Source: the human T2T-CHM13v2.0 reference genome, Homo sapiens. From it: 64,000 bases of DNA. The translations under genes were made by a program, and so were the position numbers. The notes under the pieces were generated by a model. It worked only from the letters and a program-made list of their open reading frames with translations, was not told the origin of the DNA and did not search any database. Below, piece after piece: positions 1 through 12,520 of the stretch. The stretch is from assembly GCF_009914755.1 (NCBI RefSeq), contig NC_060937.1. One strand, given 5' to 3'. The stretch's first letter is position 1. Each line of letters begins with the position of its first letter.

Positions 1-431
1 GGGCTGTCATGAGAAAGTACCACAAATTTGTTGGCTTAAAGGAACAGAAATTTATTCTCTCACAGTTCTGGATCCAAAAATCTGAAATCAAGGTGTCAGC
101 AGGGCTATGCTCCTCTTAAGGGCTCTAGAGAATTTACTTGCCGCTTCTGGCTTCTGGTGGCTCCAGGCATTCCTTGGCTTTAGGCAGCAGAATGCCAATC
201 TCTGTTTGTCTTCACTTGGCCCTCTCCCTCTGTCTGTTTCTGTCCCAAATCTCCTGCCTTTTTCTTATTACTTGTCTTTGAATTTAGGGTTCACCCTAAA
301 TTCTGGATAATCTCAAGATCCTTAACTTAATTACATCTGCAAAGACACGTTTCCAAATAGGTTCACATTTACAGGAACTAAGGGTTAGAATGTGGCCATA
401 TCTTTGGGGGTCAACTATTGAACTCACTATA
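1..431 (-). mobile_element. MLT1C-like MaLR solo LTR (cut by window start)
   Basis: Reverse complement of MLT1 motifs: aatttattctctcacagttctgga, aaatcaaggtgtcagcaggg, tctcaagatccttaacttaattacatctgcaaagac. Confidence 0.8.
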
Positions 432-1092
432 AGAGGGGTAACTGAGCCCTAATTGGGGCTGAATAGAAAGCACCCATTAACCTTGTTTGGACCTACCTGT
501 ACTTCCTTTTCCTTTTTTCTTTTCCCTGAACACTTGTTCCAGTTTTGTCTATTTCCCGTAGATGGAATGGTCACAGCCAGAGGAACAAGCAAGAAATCAC
601 AACCAACAAATCTGCTTATTCCTGGGCTTCAACCTGGCCCACACCTGCAACTGCTTCTTGCTTCAGGGTTTGCTGTGGGCAGTACATAAGCTACTTGACC
701 CAATACTCATGTGAAAGTTTATTCTGCTTGGCCCTCCCAGTTGCCTTGCAGACATCCAGGAGAGTTGGGTATCACTTGGGACCTGGCAGTGTGGGCTTGC
801 CCTGCCAGGCTCTTCAACAGGGTTGCCTTGGTCACGTATTAGATTTCATGCATGGGGCCAAACCAGGAGACCTTGGTGAGCTGGAACAAGAAGGGGCAGT
901 GGATCTGGGTCAGAGCAGGAATTATACTTGTAGTTGGACTGGGCAAATAGGCTCAGAGAAGGAATCTGTGTCAAAAGCTTGGCAGATTGGCAGGAAACCT
1001 GAGGCCTGATGCACAAATTAGAATGGATACTAGCTTTCCATCTACACAGGCCAGTTCTTAGTTCTCGTAAGTCTGACTGGGGAGTTCTGTGA

Positions 1093-1553
<461 letters not shown>

Positions 1554-2267
1554 TAAGAATTAATTGCCATAAAATGTGATAACTATATGTGCACAGTGTT
1601 ATGAGAGGCCAAAAGTAAGAAATCATTCTGCCTTGGGCTAGGGAATGGGTCATGATGGGAGCACAGAAGAGGCAATATTTGATCTAGATCTTAAAGAATT
1701 CAGTAAGGAATGGCTGAGAAGAGCAGCCCAGGAAGCTTGTCCAGCTGACCAAGTGGGTGCCTCTTCTTTTTTGTGTTTATCTCATCCATAACCTAGACCT
1801 TCAGTGGAAAGAACAACCTTCATACAATAACTTTTTAAAAAAATAAACATTACAGAGACAGGTATTAAACATATCCGACAAATGAGTCATGCCCATGGAA
1901 ACAACCAACCACAAAAGACTCCATTTGTAAGGAACTGGCTTAGTGGTTACCAACTTAACATCAGGGGCCCACGGCCATTACTACTATTATTCCTACTGTT
2001 ATGTACTAGTTTTAGACTTTAGGGTATCATGATGTTTCAATGACTCATTACTATTGAGCATTTCATGTGGCCTATTTGGATGTATTTCTTATTAAAAATG
2101 TTTTTCATTTATTTCATATATAATATTGGTGTAAGACACTTATAATTTCAATCTCTAGTAAAGGTAAGAAGGCTACTGCTCATTATTGCCTGCTCCATAT
2201 ATTTTTAATATTTAATGAATCTCTCTTTGAACTTTCTTGGGGGTGTCTTCTAACACAACACCTTTAT

Positions 2268-2516
2268 TTATTTATTTATTTTTAATTATACTTTAAGTTT
2301 TAGGGTACAGGTGCACAACGTGCAGGTTTGTTACATATGTATACATGTGCCATGTTGGTGTGCTGCAACCATTAACTCGTCATTTACATTAGGTATATCT
2401 CCTAATGCTATCCCTCCCCCCCACCATCCCACAACAGGCCCCGGTGTGTGATGTTCCCTTTCCTGTGTCCATGTGTTCTCATTGTTCAATTCCCACCTAT
2501 GAGTGAGAACATGTGG
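2268..2516 (-). mobile_element. L1PA3-like 3' UTR fragment, heavily 5'-truncated
   Basis: ttatactttaagttttagggtac...gagtgagaacatgtgg; perfect 16-bp TSD AACACAACACCTTTAT at 2252-2267 and 2517-2532. Confidence 0.95.
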
Positions 2517-2779
2517 AACACAACACCTTTATAATTAGCAGAGATGTTGTTAAATTTGAAAATGATGCATCTTCACAGAGTATTAGTTTTGTTTAATTAT
2601 TATTCAGTTGCATTTAAGTAATTTAATTGTTTAAGTTTCAAATATAAGGTTTAAATATATTCCAATACTAGAACAAACATAGATACATTACTCAACTTTT
2701 GATATACATAGCATATATGTCAGCATTGAATATAAAATTCAAATAGTTTCTAGAATCATACAACAGATCTCTTTTAGAT

Positions 2780-5155
2780 AAGAGAAAAAAAAATAAAGAA
2801 CATCCAAACTGGAAAGAAGTCAGATTATCCTTGTTTACAGGTAAAATGATCTTAGATTTAGAAAAGAACTAAAGACTCCACCAAAAAACTGTTAGAACTG
2901 ATAAACAAATTAAGTAAATTTGCGGGATAAAAAACCAAATACAAAAATCAGCAGCAATTCCCATAAGCCAACAGCGAACAATCTGAAAAAAAAAAGAAAT
3001 CAAGAAAGCAATCCCATTTATAGTAACTACCAGGAAATAAAATACTTAGGAATAAAATGAAGCAAAGGAGAGAAAGAATTTTTTTTTTTTTTTGAGACAA
3101 GAGTTTCACTCTGTCATCCACCTCCTGGTTTCAAGCTATTCTCCTGCTTCAGCCTCCCAAGTAGCCAGGATTACAGGTGCCGGCCACCACACCCAGCTAT
3201 ATTTTGTATTTCTAGTAGAGACAGGGTTTCACCATGTGGCCAGGCTGGTCTTGGACTCTTGACCTCAAGTGATCCACCTGCCTCAGCCTCCCAAAATGCT
3301 TGGGATTACAGGTGTGGGCCACCATGCCTGTCCCAAAGAAGAGAAAGATTTCTACAAGGAAAAAGATAAAGCACTGGTGAAAAAAATTGAAGATGACACA
3401 CCCCCAAAAATGGAAAGACAGCCCATGTTCATAGATTGGAAGAATTAATACTGTTAAAATGTCCAGACTACCCAAAGTAATCTACAGATGCAATGAAAAC
3501 CCTATCCAAATACCAATTACATTGTTCATAGAAATAGAAAAAACCATCTTAAAATTCGTATCAATTCTGAATAGCTAAAGCAATCCTAAGCAAAAAGAAC
3601 AAAGCTGGAGGCATCATACCATCTGATTTCAAAATATACTATAAAGTTACAGTAACCAAAGCAGCATGGTACTGGCATAAAAACAGACACATAAACCAAT
3701 GGAACAGAATAGAAAGTCCAGAAATAAACTCATGCATTTACAGCCAACAAATTTTCAACAAAGGTGCCAAGAACATACATTGGGGAAATTATTGTCTTAT
3801 TGATAAATGGTGCTAGGAAAACAGGATATCCATATAGAGAAGAATAAAACTAGACTCCTATCTCTAATCATATACAAAAATCAAAATTAATTAAAAATCT
3901 TAAATGTAAGGCCTGAAACTATAAAACTCCTAGCAGGAAACTTTGGGAAAATGTTTCAGAACATTTGTCTGGACAAAGTTTTTTTTTTAGTAAGATCCCA
4001 AAAGCATAGGCAGCAAAAGCAAAAATTGATAAATGGGATTACATCAAGCTAAAAGGCTTCTGCATACCAAAAGAAACAATTAACAAAGTGAAAAGACAAC
4101 CTACAGAATGGTAGAAAACAAATTATCCATCTGACAAGAAATTAATAACCATAATACATAAGGAACACAAACAACTCAATAGCAATAAAACAAATAATCT
4201 GATTTTATAATGAGCAAAAGATGTGAATAGACATATCTGACAAGAAGACAACCAAGTGGTCCACAGGTATATGAAAAAATATTCAAAATCACTAGTTGTC
4301 AGAGAAAAGCAAATCAAAACCATAATGAGATATCACCTTATCCCAATTGAAATGGTTATAATCAAAAGACAAAAAATAACAAGTGCTGGTGAGAATGCAG
4401 AGGAACAGGAACACTTTTACACTATTGGTGGGAATGTAAACTAGTACAACTACAAAAAACAGTAGGGAGATTCCTCAAAAAACTAAAAACAGAATTACCA
4501 TATGATCCAGCAATCCCACTGCTGAGTATATACCCAAAAGAAAGACAGTCAGTATGTGAAGGAGATATCTGCATTCCCATGTTTATTGCAGCACTATTCA
4601 CAATAGTCAAGACATGGAATCAGCCTAAGTGTCCATCAACAGATGAATGGATAAAGAAAATGTGCTATATATATGTAATGGAATATTATTTGGCCATGAA
4701 AAAGGATGAAATCCTGTCATTTGCAGCAACGTGGATGAAACTGGAAGTTATTAAGTGAAATAAGCCAGGCACATAAATACAAATACTGCATTTTTTCACT
4801 CATATATGGTGAAAAATATATGGAGGTAGTAAACAGAATGGTAGTGACCAGAGGCTGGAAAGGGGAGAGGAAAGGGGGATGAAGAGAGGTTGGTTAATAG
4901 GTACAATAACACAGTTAAATAAAAGGAGTAACTTCTAGTGTTTTATAGTACAGTAGGGCAACTACAGTTAACAATAACTTATCATAAATTTCAAAATACC
5001 TAGAAGATTGGGAATGTTCTGAATGCAAAGAAAAGATAAATATTCGAGGTGACGGATATCCCAATTACCCTGATTTGAGCATTACACATTGTATGATTGT
5101 ATGAAAATATCCATGTACCCCACAAATATGTGCAACTATTATGTACCAATAAAAA
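2780..5155 (+). mobile_element. L1MA4-6-type LINE, 3' part of ORF2 plus 3' UTR (interrupted by Alu)
   Basis: Degenerate ORF2 (aaaagaacaaagctggaggcatcata, gatccagcaatcccactgctg) and L1MA 3' end ggatatcccaattaccctgatttg...tattatgtaccaataaaaa. Confidence 0.9.
3079..3333 (-). mobile_element. AluS with ~43-bp internal deletion, nested in L1MA
   Basis: Poly-T then Alu antisense; TSD caaaggagagaaaga (3063-3077) / caaagaagagaaaga (3334-3348). Confidence 0.93.
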
Positions 5156-5179
5156 GGGGGAAAACAGGTCTTAAACAAT

Positions 5180-5462
5180 ACAAAAGAAGCCAGATACAAA
5201 AGGCTTCATACTGTCTGAATCCATTTATATTTTGAAAAAGGCAAAATTACAGGGGTACAAATTAGCTCGGTGGTTGCCAGGGGCTGGGAGTAGAGGAAGG
5301 AAATTGACTGCAAAGGAGCATAAGGAAATTTGGGAATGATAAAAAATACCCTTTACCTTCATTGTGATGGTGGTTACATGATTGAATGTATTTGTAAAAA
5401 TTCAACCAACTATACAATAAAAATTTTACTTATGTAAATTATATCTTAAACCTAACTTTAAG
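5180..5462 (+). mobile_element. Old L1M (L1MC/MD/ME) 3' end fragment
   Basis: aaagaagccagatacaaaagg, gtggttgccaggggctggga, gtgatggtggttacatga, atgtaaattatatct. Confidence 0.75.
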
Positions 5463-5812
5463 GAAAGTCAGGTTACTCCAGGCTCCCTTTCCAGGCAAAT
5501 TCACTGCTGCATCCATTTTTTCTGATCTGCTTTTAAGAATACCTAGAAGGAAGAGTTTGAGAATTATTCATTTAATAGCTCTTTAAAAGAGGGGTCTTGG
5601 AGTATGATTCTGCATGAGTTAAACCCCAAGATCTTGAACAATTTAAACTTGAACAATAATTTTAGGTGTAGAAGGTATAGGGCACTTTCAAATTGTATAA
5701 AATACCAACATGCCTACCCACAATATTTTATAGATACATAATCATTTATTCTAGCACTGTGTAGCTTCTTTACTTGTGAAATATTCACTTGTGACTACAT
5801 ACCAGCAAGGGA

Positions 5813-6190
5813 TGTGCATTAGTTTCCTAGGGCTTCTGTGACAAGGTACCATAGACTAGATGGCTTAAACAACAGAAATTTATTTTCTCACAATTCAGGA
5901 GGCTGGAAGTCCAAGATCAAGGTGTCAGCAGGGTTAGTCTCTTTTGAGATCTCTTTCCTAGACTTATAGATGGCCACCTTTTTGCTGTGTCTTCACATGG
6001 TCTTCCCTCTGTGTTCTAATCACCTTTTCTTATAAGGACACCGTTCATACTGGATTACAGTCCACCTTAATGAGTTCATTTTAACTTAATTACCTCTTTA
6101 AAGGCCCTATCTCCAAATGCAGTCACATTCTGAGATATCGGGGGTTAGGACTTCAATATATGAAATTTGAGGAGGCACAATTCAGCGTGC
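5813..6190 (-). mobile_element. MLT1A0-like MaLR solo LTR
   Basis: ggcttaaacaacagaaatttattttctcaca...ggaagtccaagatcaaggtgtcagcaggg...ggggttaggacttcaa. Confidence 0.88.
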
Positions 6191-7134
6191 TTCCCACCCC
6201 TTCCCTCTTCCACCATGGACATTTTTCCTATTCCAGCCACCCTCCAACCACGCTGCCTCTCCCAAGATGTAACTTTCTTCTTCTTGGTTTGCTTTGGTTA
6301 CTTCCACATGTTGATCAAACATCTGTAAAAGGAAATCAAAGCACTAAGACACTGTAAAGATGCCAAGACACTGTATGCAGGCCCAGGTGGAAAAAAATGT
6401 GTCGTTTAATATTTGTATGTATTTGTTTGCTTTGGTGTATTTCTACAGATCCTTTTCTTGAAAGGCTATATATAGCAGCTTTGAATATCCAAACTATATT
6501 GGGAACATATCAAATATGTGGAACAGAAGCTTAAGTGCTGCCCATACCACACAGCCTTGTACTCACTGCTCCTACACATATAAATGAGTGAAGAATGGTT
6601 GAATAGAAAATCTGCAGCAAGGCAACAATAGTCCAGTTTTTAACCCCAGCTTCTCTGTAGCTAACATGAATAATTCATGGTAAGCTGGATCCTTACAGTA
6701 ATTTATCGATGAGTAGTATAATCATTTATTTCAAGCTGAACACATTTCTCTGGCTCTGCTTCATCCACCACAAGATACTTCCAGGCAGCTCTGGGAGAAT
6801 TGGAAGCATGTTTTTCTTCCAGTATTTGCCTGGTCTCATAGAGCAGCAAATAGTAATATAAAGAGCTCAATCTGTATGCACAAAAGCAGTTGATGTAGAC
6901 TACTTTTAGGTTCAAGTTTTGAGCAAACAATATACAGAAAACCCTTTGCAATTAATACTAAGACTAGGAAGTGATGAGCCCATCAAGGTTGGGTGTGAGG
7001 CATGGATGAGGATCAGTGAAGGACACAAAGTCAGGATGATAACAAGCAAACGGGAGCTAGACAAGAAGGAAGGCAGAAACATTTCAGGTTACACCATAAC
7101 ATCATCAAGAAGGGACTGGACGAATAATTGCAGC

Positions 7135-7345
7135 ACTGGCTACTTTCTGTTGAGTGTTTCTTACTCTGTAAGGCCTGCACTAGGTGCTCTACATATCATG
7201 GGCTTAAGCTGAGCACAGCACTGCCATTTGACTTGTAGGATCCCTCGTTTGCAGATAAGGATAGTGACGCTCTATAAGATGCACTACGTGGTGGAGTTAG
7301 AACCCAACCACCAAGTTTTCCATGATGCCCAAGCCCATTCTCTTT
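7135..7345 (-). mobile_element. MIR
   Basis: ttgagtgtttcttactctgtaaggcctgcactaggtgctctaca...tttgcagataagga, degenerate MIR core. Confidence 0.55.
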
Positions 7346-8086
7346 TGATATCCGTTATAATGGTCCCACACTGTGGCTATAGCATTATGTTGTTTATGTG
7401 TTATTCATAGTTCATCATATTGAGTAAACAGGATGGACTTTTAGCAAACTGGGCAGAGTTTGTCTCTAAGTGTGGTTTCAATTCATCTCAAGTTTGTTTG
7501 TTTTTAATTGCCTATATAAAGTTCAAAGAAACCCTATCATGCACATTCTGCTAAGAAGAAGATGCTTCAAGCAGAGAAATGCAGTTGATTTTTTCATTCA
7601 GGGTTCTAATGTCCAGAGTGGGCTAACCTTATTAAGGAGTGTAGGCCCTTTATTGAAAGGGGTGGGAGAGGTTCTATTTTGCAGCAGTTGGGAAGGCATG
7701 GTCTCTCCACAGGTGAGGTGGTTGTCTAACGGGAGATAGAACAGGCTGGGTTTCTGAATAAGTACATGAATACATTTGATTTCAGTATTCCCTGAGTGAT
7801 TGAGGGGGTTGCTATAATGCTTGGTGCAAATAGGAAAGGTCAGTAGGGACAAGTGGGAAGAGTCCAAAAGAAGAAACCTAATGAAGGAAAGTGAATGGAA
7901 GAGAAGAAGGAGCACCAGGGGATGGCCACGGTGGCCATTGTAGGTGCCTTTGACCCAGACACTCAACAGAGCACCTAAGCCTAGATGGGTAGAGCCAAGA
8001 TTGTTTTTGATGCCTGGGTTGGATCCAAAACTTCCATCCAGGTCTGCCTTTACCTGGGTGTCTTGGCTTTTGCATTCCCACAGCTG

Positions 8087-8403
8087 TGACTCAGACCTGT
8101 GTTTTCTGGGATGGGAAAGGAATACAGCAAATTATGAGATAAGAAGTGAAAAAAGAATAACTGGCAACCATTATTCCTGCACCCTGGGAAAGAGGGTCCT
8201 GCCTGCCTGGCCCTGCCTCTCTTGCTGACTCATGCTGTAGTCGTGACAGTGCCTTTGACTCATCCAGCCTAAGAACCCAAGAATCAACTCTGACACTTCA
8301 TTCCCATGCATGGCATACCTGGTCATCAACACGGAGGAATTTTAACCCAAACTATATTTTGAGCCTGTTCCTTGCTCCATCCCACTACCAATGTGTTGAG
8401 TCA
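8087..8403. promoter_or_regulatory. Candidate AP-1 / NRF2-BACH enhancer (4 TGASTCA sites)
   Basis: TGACTCA 8087-8093, TGCTGACTCAT 8223-8233, TGACTCA 8256-8262, TGAGTCA 8397-8403. Confidence 0.5.
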
Positions 8404-9449
8404 GGCCTTCCTCCTTTCTTATTTGGAGCAGTAAGAGCCTCCCAACTTGTCCTCCTGCTTCCAGTCTACCCAGACAGTCCATCCTCTGACCTTCCACCTG
8501 AGTGATCTTTCTGGAAAACAAACCAATCCTGTCACTCCTCTGCTTCTTAATGCCAGAGTAGGATTCTCAACTGAAGACTCCCCTGAACTCCAAGAATCCA
8601 GGGGCAAAATTGTACATTTATGCCATGTAGCAGAGGTAGTTAGTGATTAACAAATATTCCTTGTGTATCCCCATATATTCCAGCCTCCCTTGCAGTCAGG
8701 TTGGAGCATGGGACTAATTTGATCAACTCAATGTGGTAACATGCTGTATTTCATGGTTATCTGTGGCTCTGATTGGAAGTCATGAAGGTTGGATGGCTTT
8801 TTTGAATGGGGAAACAAAATAGTTACTTCTTACTAATTCCAATATTTGGGGGGATTAAAAACAAATTTATGAAGACACGTGAGCCATAGGAAAAAAATAT
8901 TTAAAGAGAGTCCTTAAGAATGAATATTGTGGACCTCTGGCCTACAGAAAAAAGTCCAAACATGACACTCACATCAAAACAGATGAGACACAAAAGCCAT
9001 TCTGGTTTTGTTGACAATAAAGTCTTGTTGCCCTGTGCTTTGCCAATCTGGACTTTGACTAATTATTTCCCAGTTATGCTTTACACTTCCATGTGGGCCT
9101 GCCCTTGCAACCTCCAGTCCCTCATCTCCAGCCTGTCCAGTTCTCCCCTTATCCTGCAAGACCCAACTAAAATGTTGAACTCAACCTTCTCTGCTGAATT
9201 CCCATTGCCCTCAGCCATAATTTTAGTCACAATGCTTCTTTCATCATATTGGCATCCCTGACTGTTCGTTAAAATGTGAACTTCTCCCACACATGTAGTG
9301 TCTCCTTCCCATCTCTGTGCCCCCAATGCCTAGGATAGTGCCTGGCACAGAGGGGGCATTCACCAACTACAGTCTCCTTGGAGGTACTCTTCTAGGCTCC
9401 TCAGATGGGTGGGTTGCATGTGGCGATGAGTAAACTATTTATCTAAGTG

Positions 9450-9780
9450 CCCCCTTGCTGTTCCTCAAGCGTGCCAAGCCTGCTTTCCCCCACAGCCCTC
9501 ACGTTTGCACCTATCTCGGCCCAGAACTCTCTCCAGACCTCACATAGCTCTCTCCCCCACATCAGTCAGAGCGGCTTTCTCTGGTCCTTCTCCCTTTATC
9601 TCCTTATTCTGCCTTGTGTCTTCACGGCACATCTGGTACATTTTATTTTGCATTTACTATTAAGTCTGTTCATTGTCTCCCCCAAGTAGACTGTAGGCTC
9701 TGTGAGGTCAAGGGCTTTGTCTTGTTCATTGCACATTAGTGGGCACTCAAAAATATTTTTGAATGAAGAAATAATAAAGT
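9450..9780 (+). mobile_element. L2 3' end
   Basis: gtctcccccaagtagactgtaggctctgtgaggtcaaggg...gcactcaaaaatatttttgaatgaa. Confidence 0.65.
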
Positions 9781-11356
9781 TATCATATTTTAACACATCA
9801 AATCTGAAACCAAGCCTCATTTTTCAAGCGTTCTTTTCATAAAGCCGTAAAGCTTTAGATTAAGAAAGGAATTTGGAGGGTTTACTTGAGCTCTGTATTC
9901 TCATTTAACTGAAGTGGAAGCAGAGATCTCTGACAGCAAAATAACTTGCCCCATGCAGGGCTGAAGCTAGAACCCTTGTCTGACTCCTGGGTCTTGACTC
10001 CTAGCACAGTGTTTTGCATGTGGTAAGCATTCAGTTAATCAATGAGTGTTAAGTTGAATTAAAACTAGAAAAGGCTGAGCAGTTTGATGCCTGTGTGTGC
10101 AGCTTTCTGCCCTGTTTATAAACTGAGCTCAAAAGACATGGGCCTCTAGGGAGTTACTTGAGAAAACAAAAGTATAGCAGATGGGGATCCAGGTTCTTAC
10201 CCTGACACATGGACTCCGTTGGGCAGACCTAGACCAGTTAACCACACAACTACCTGACCCTCCACACTGCATGTCCCCCAGATCTGTAGACATAGCTGGC
10301 ACTGTTTCCTGGTCACCAGTGGATGTTAAGGGTCAAAAGAGAAAAGGATCTCTCTTTTAGCCAGGAGCACTGACTAGGTGACTGCTAGGGAAAAGCAAGA
10401 AATGCAGCGTCAGCCCACCATGGTAGGTAGTGGTTGAGGAGCCTGAGAACTAAAGCTCCTTCCGTTCTCAACCTCACACTCTGGGCCAGTTACTGAAATT
10501 GTCTAGACCTTCACTTGAAAAATAAATCCTATAGTTAGGAATAACCAGGGTTTCATTACAAAGTTCTTGGCACATACTCCAGGACTAAATTATATATGGT
10601 AGTGGTGCAAATTGCCAATCAAACAGTGCCTTCCACAATGAGGGGCAAACATAATGAAACCTTAGTTTGGTAGATCATAACAAAATTGCTCATTATTTCT
10701 TCGTCTCTCCTTTAGATGGAAAAGTGTCACCTTTTCTATATGTTCTTTGCCCATTTCAGCTTCTGCCCTCAGACTCTCAGGAATATGGAGAACTCTTTCT
10801 CTAAACACTCACGATTAAACAAATTAGGAGATTTCCTAATTGTTTAAGGATGTACGGTTGTTCAACAAGGACCCATGTTCCACCACTCTCCTCTTCTGCA
10901 GTATGGCAGACAACCATCAATAACCACAGGGTCCCAACCCAAGCCTTGGAGCTCACCTCATAATTCCTCATGGTCCAGAGAGCCTTCACAATCAACTGGA
11001 GCTGTTAGATGTAATGAAATTATTTGCCATCCTCAGTTTCAGTTGTATAAAGCCAGGACCAGAATGTACAAACTGTCCTCAAGCTTTTCTCTAACTCTAG
11101 GTCATGCATTTCTAAATCAAAGGCAGTTGCCTGTCTTGCAGGATTTGTTTTCTTTCCTTTTTGTTTTTCTATTTTCCTCTAAGCATACAAGGAAGAACAG
11201 AGATTTCAACCATTATTTCTCAGTGAACTAAACATCAAACTATAAGTTTTCAAGTCAGCCATGACCTGGCATCTCTCCGTCTTTTGAAAACGAAGCCAAA
11301 CAATCTATGGTGCGGTCTCCTTAAGCTGTGTCCGAAATATGCAGGGTTGTGCAATA

Positions 11357-11390
11357 TGCAATGTTTTGGTCAGTCACTAGGTGGCATCTA
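11357..11390 (+). promoter_or_regulatory. Candidate CTCF site with upstream (ZF9-11) motif
   Basis: TGCAATGTT + 5-nt spacer + CAGTCACTAGGTGGCATC, close to the CCASYAGRKGGCR core. Confidence 0.6.
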
Positions 11391-11964
11391 ATTGAGGCAC
11401 CGGGTGAACTCTCCCAGAAGGAGCGTGTTTTAGAGCACACCACAGTTCTCCATTTTGGCTGCCATTGTTTGGTGGGCGTGTTGGAGTTAATCCATTGCCA
11501 TCTGTCTTTATTTTGCTAACTTACTCAGTCGGACGCCACACAATTGAGTTCTGCAAATGTCGGCTCTCCAGTACAGCAATTACCGAGTCTCTCTCTAAAC
11601 AATATCACCGCACGGCATTCTTCCTGCCTTGCCTAGAGCTTGAAACATTCAGGCTCATTTTGACTTTCTTTGCTTATAGCGCTTGTCATCTTCAAAGATG
11701 AAAGAAAAATGGTCTGAACTCAAAGCCACAACAAGGCATGGCTTCTCTTTCCAAACTGAGTACATACCAATCAACATGTTCCTATTACATAAAAACCCCA
11801 GGCAACACAGCCAAGGATGTGGGCTTGTGCTTGTGCAGTCCAGGAAGACACCACCGCCTCCTCCAGGATGCAGACAGAGTGCATTTTGTTGTTGATGATG
11901 ATGTTGTTCTTTTAATATTTGAGGGACTGGTGGGAGAGGTGGCAAGTGAGGCACATGGAAGTAA

Positions 11965-12014
11965 TAGGAGAAGGAAGTTAGGAAGGAAGGAAGGAGAAAG
12001 AGAAAGAAAGAAAG

Positions 12015-12096
<82 letters not shown>

Positions 12097-12117
12097 GATA
12101 TAGAGGAGGAGTGGGGA
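11965..12117. repeat. Compound (GGAA)/(GAAA)/(GA)n polypurine microsatellite
   Basis: Almost pure purine run of ~120 nt read directly. Confidence 0.97.
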
Positions 12118-12219
12118 GTGAGCTGATATTTGAAGGACCTAACTTCCATTGCTGTTCCAGAAGAGGGATGAATTAATAATCTCAGTAACCTAGAAATGGT
12201 GTTTATTTTCCATTGTTTG

Positions 12220-12520
12220 CTCATTTCATTCATTCACGCATTGTGTATTGAAGACCTACTCTGTGTGTCAGGCAGTGTATGAGATGTTCCAGATACAAGT
12301 GGGATCGATTCATCAAGATTCATTGTCTTCTTTGAGCTTACATTTTGTGGGGAGACAGACATTGATCAAGTAAACACAAGCATGATAGCTGTTGTGAAAT
12401 AGACACAAAAACACACAGGGTGTTGCACAAGCACACAATGGGTGCCCTCACCTAGTCTGGGGGCCAGGAAAGGATCTCTGAGATAGGTGAAGATGAAGGG
12501 GGTTTTTAGAGTATCATTCT
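12220..12520 (-). mobile_element. L2 3' end
   Basis: tcattcattcacgcattgtgtattgaagacctactctgtgtgtcaggca...gagcttacattttgtggggagacagac. Confidence 0.7.

Noticed and set aside
545-1009. 154-aa ORF
   Set aside because: Non-ATG start, no recognisable domain, length compatible with chance
11655-12233. 192-aa minus-strand ORF and the 121-aa KERK-rich plus-strand ORF
   Set aside because: Kept open by the stop-free GAAA/GA microsatellite
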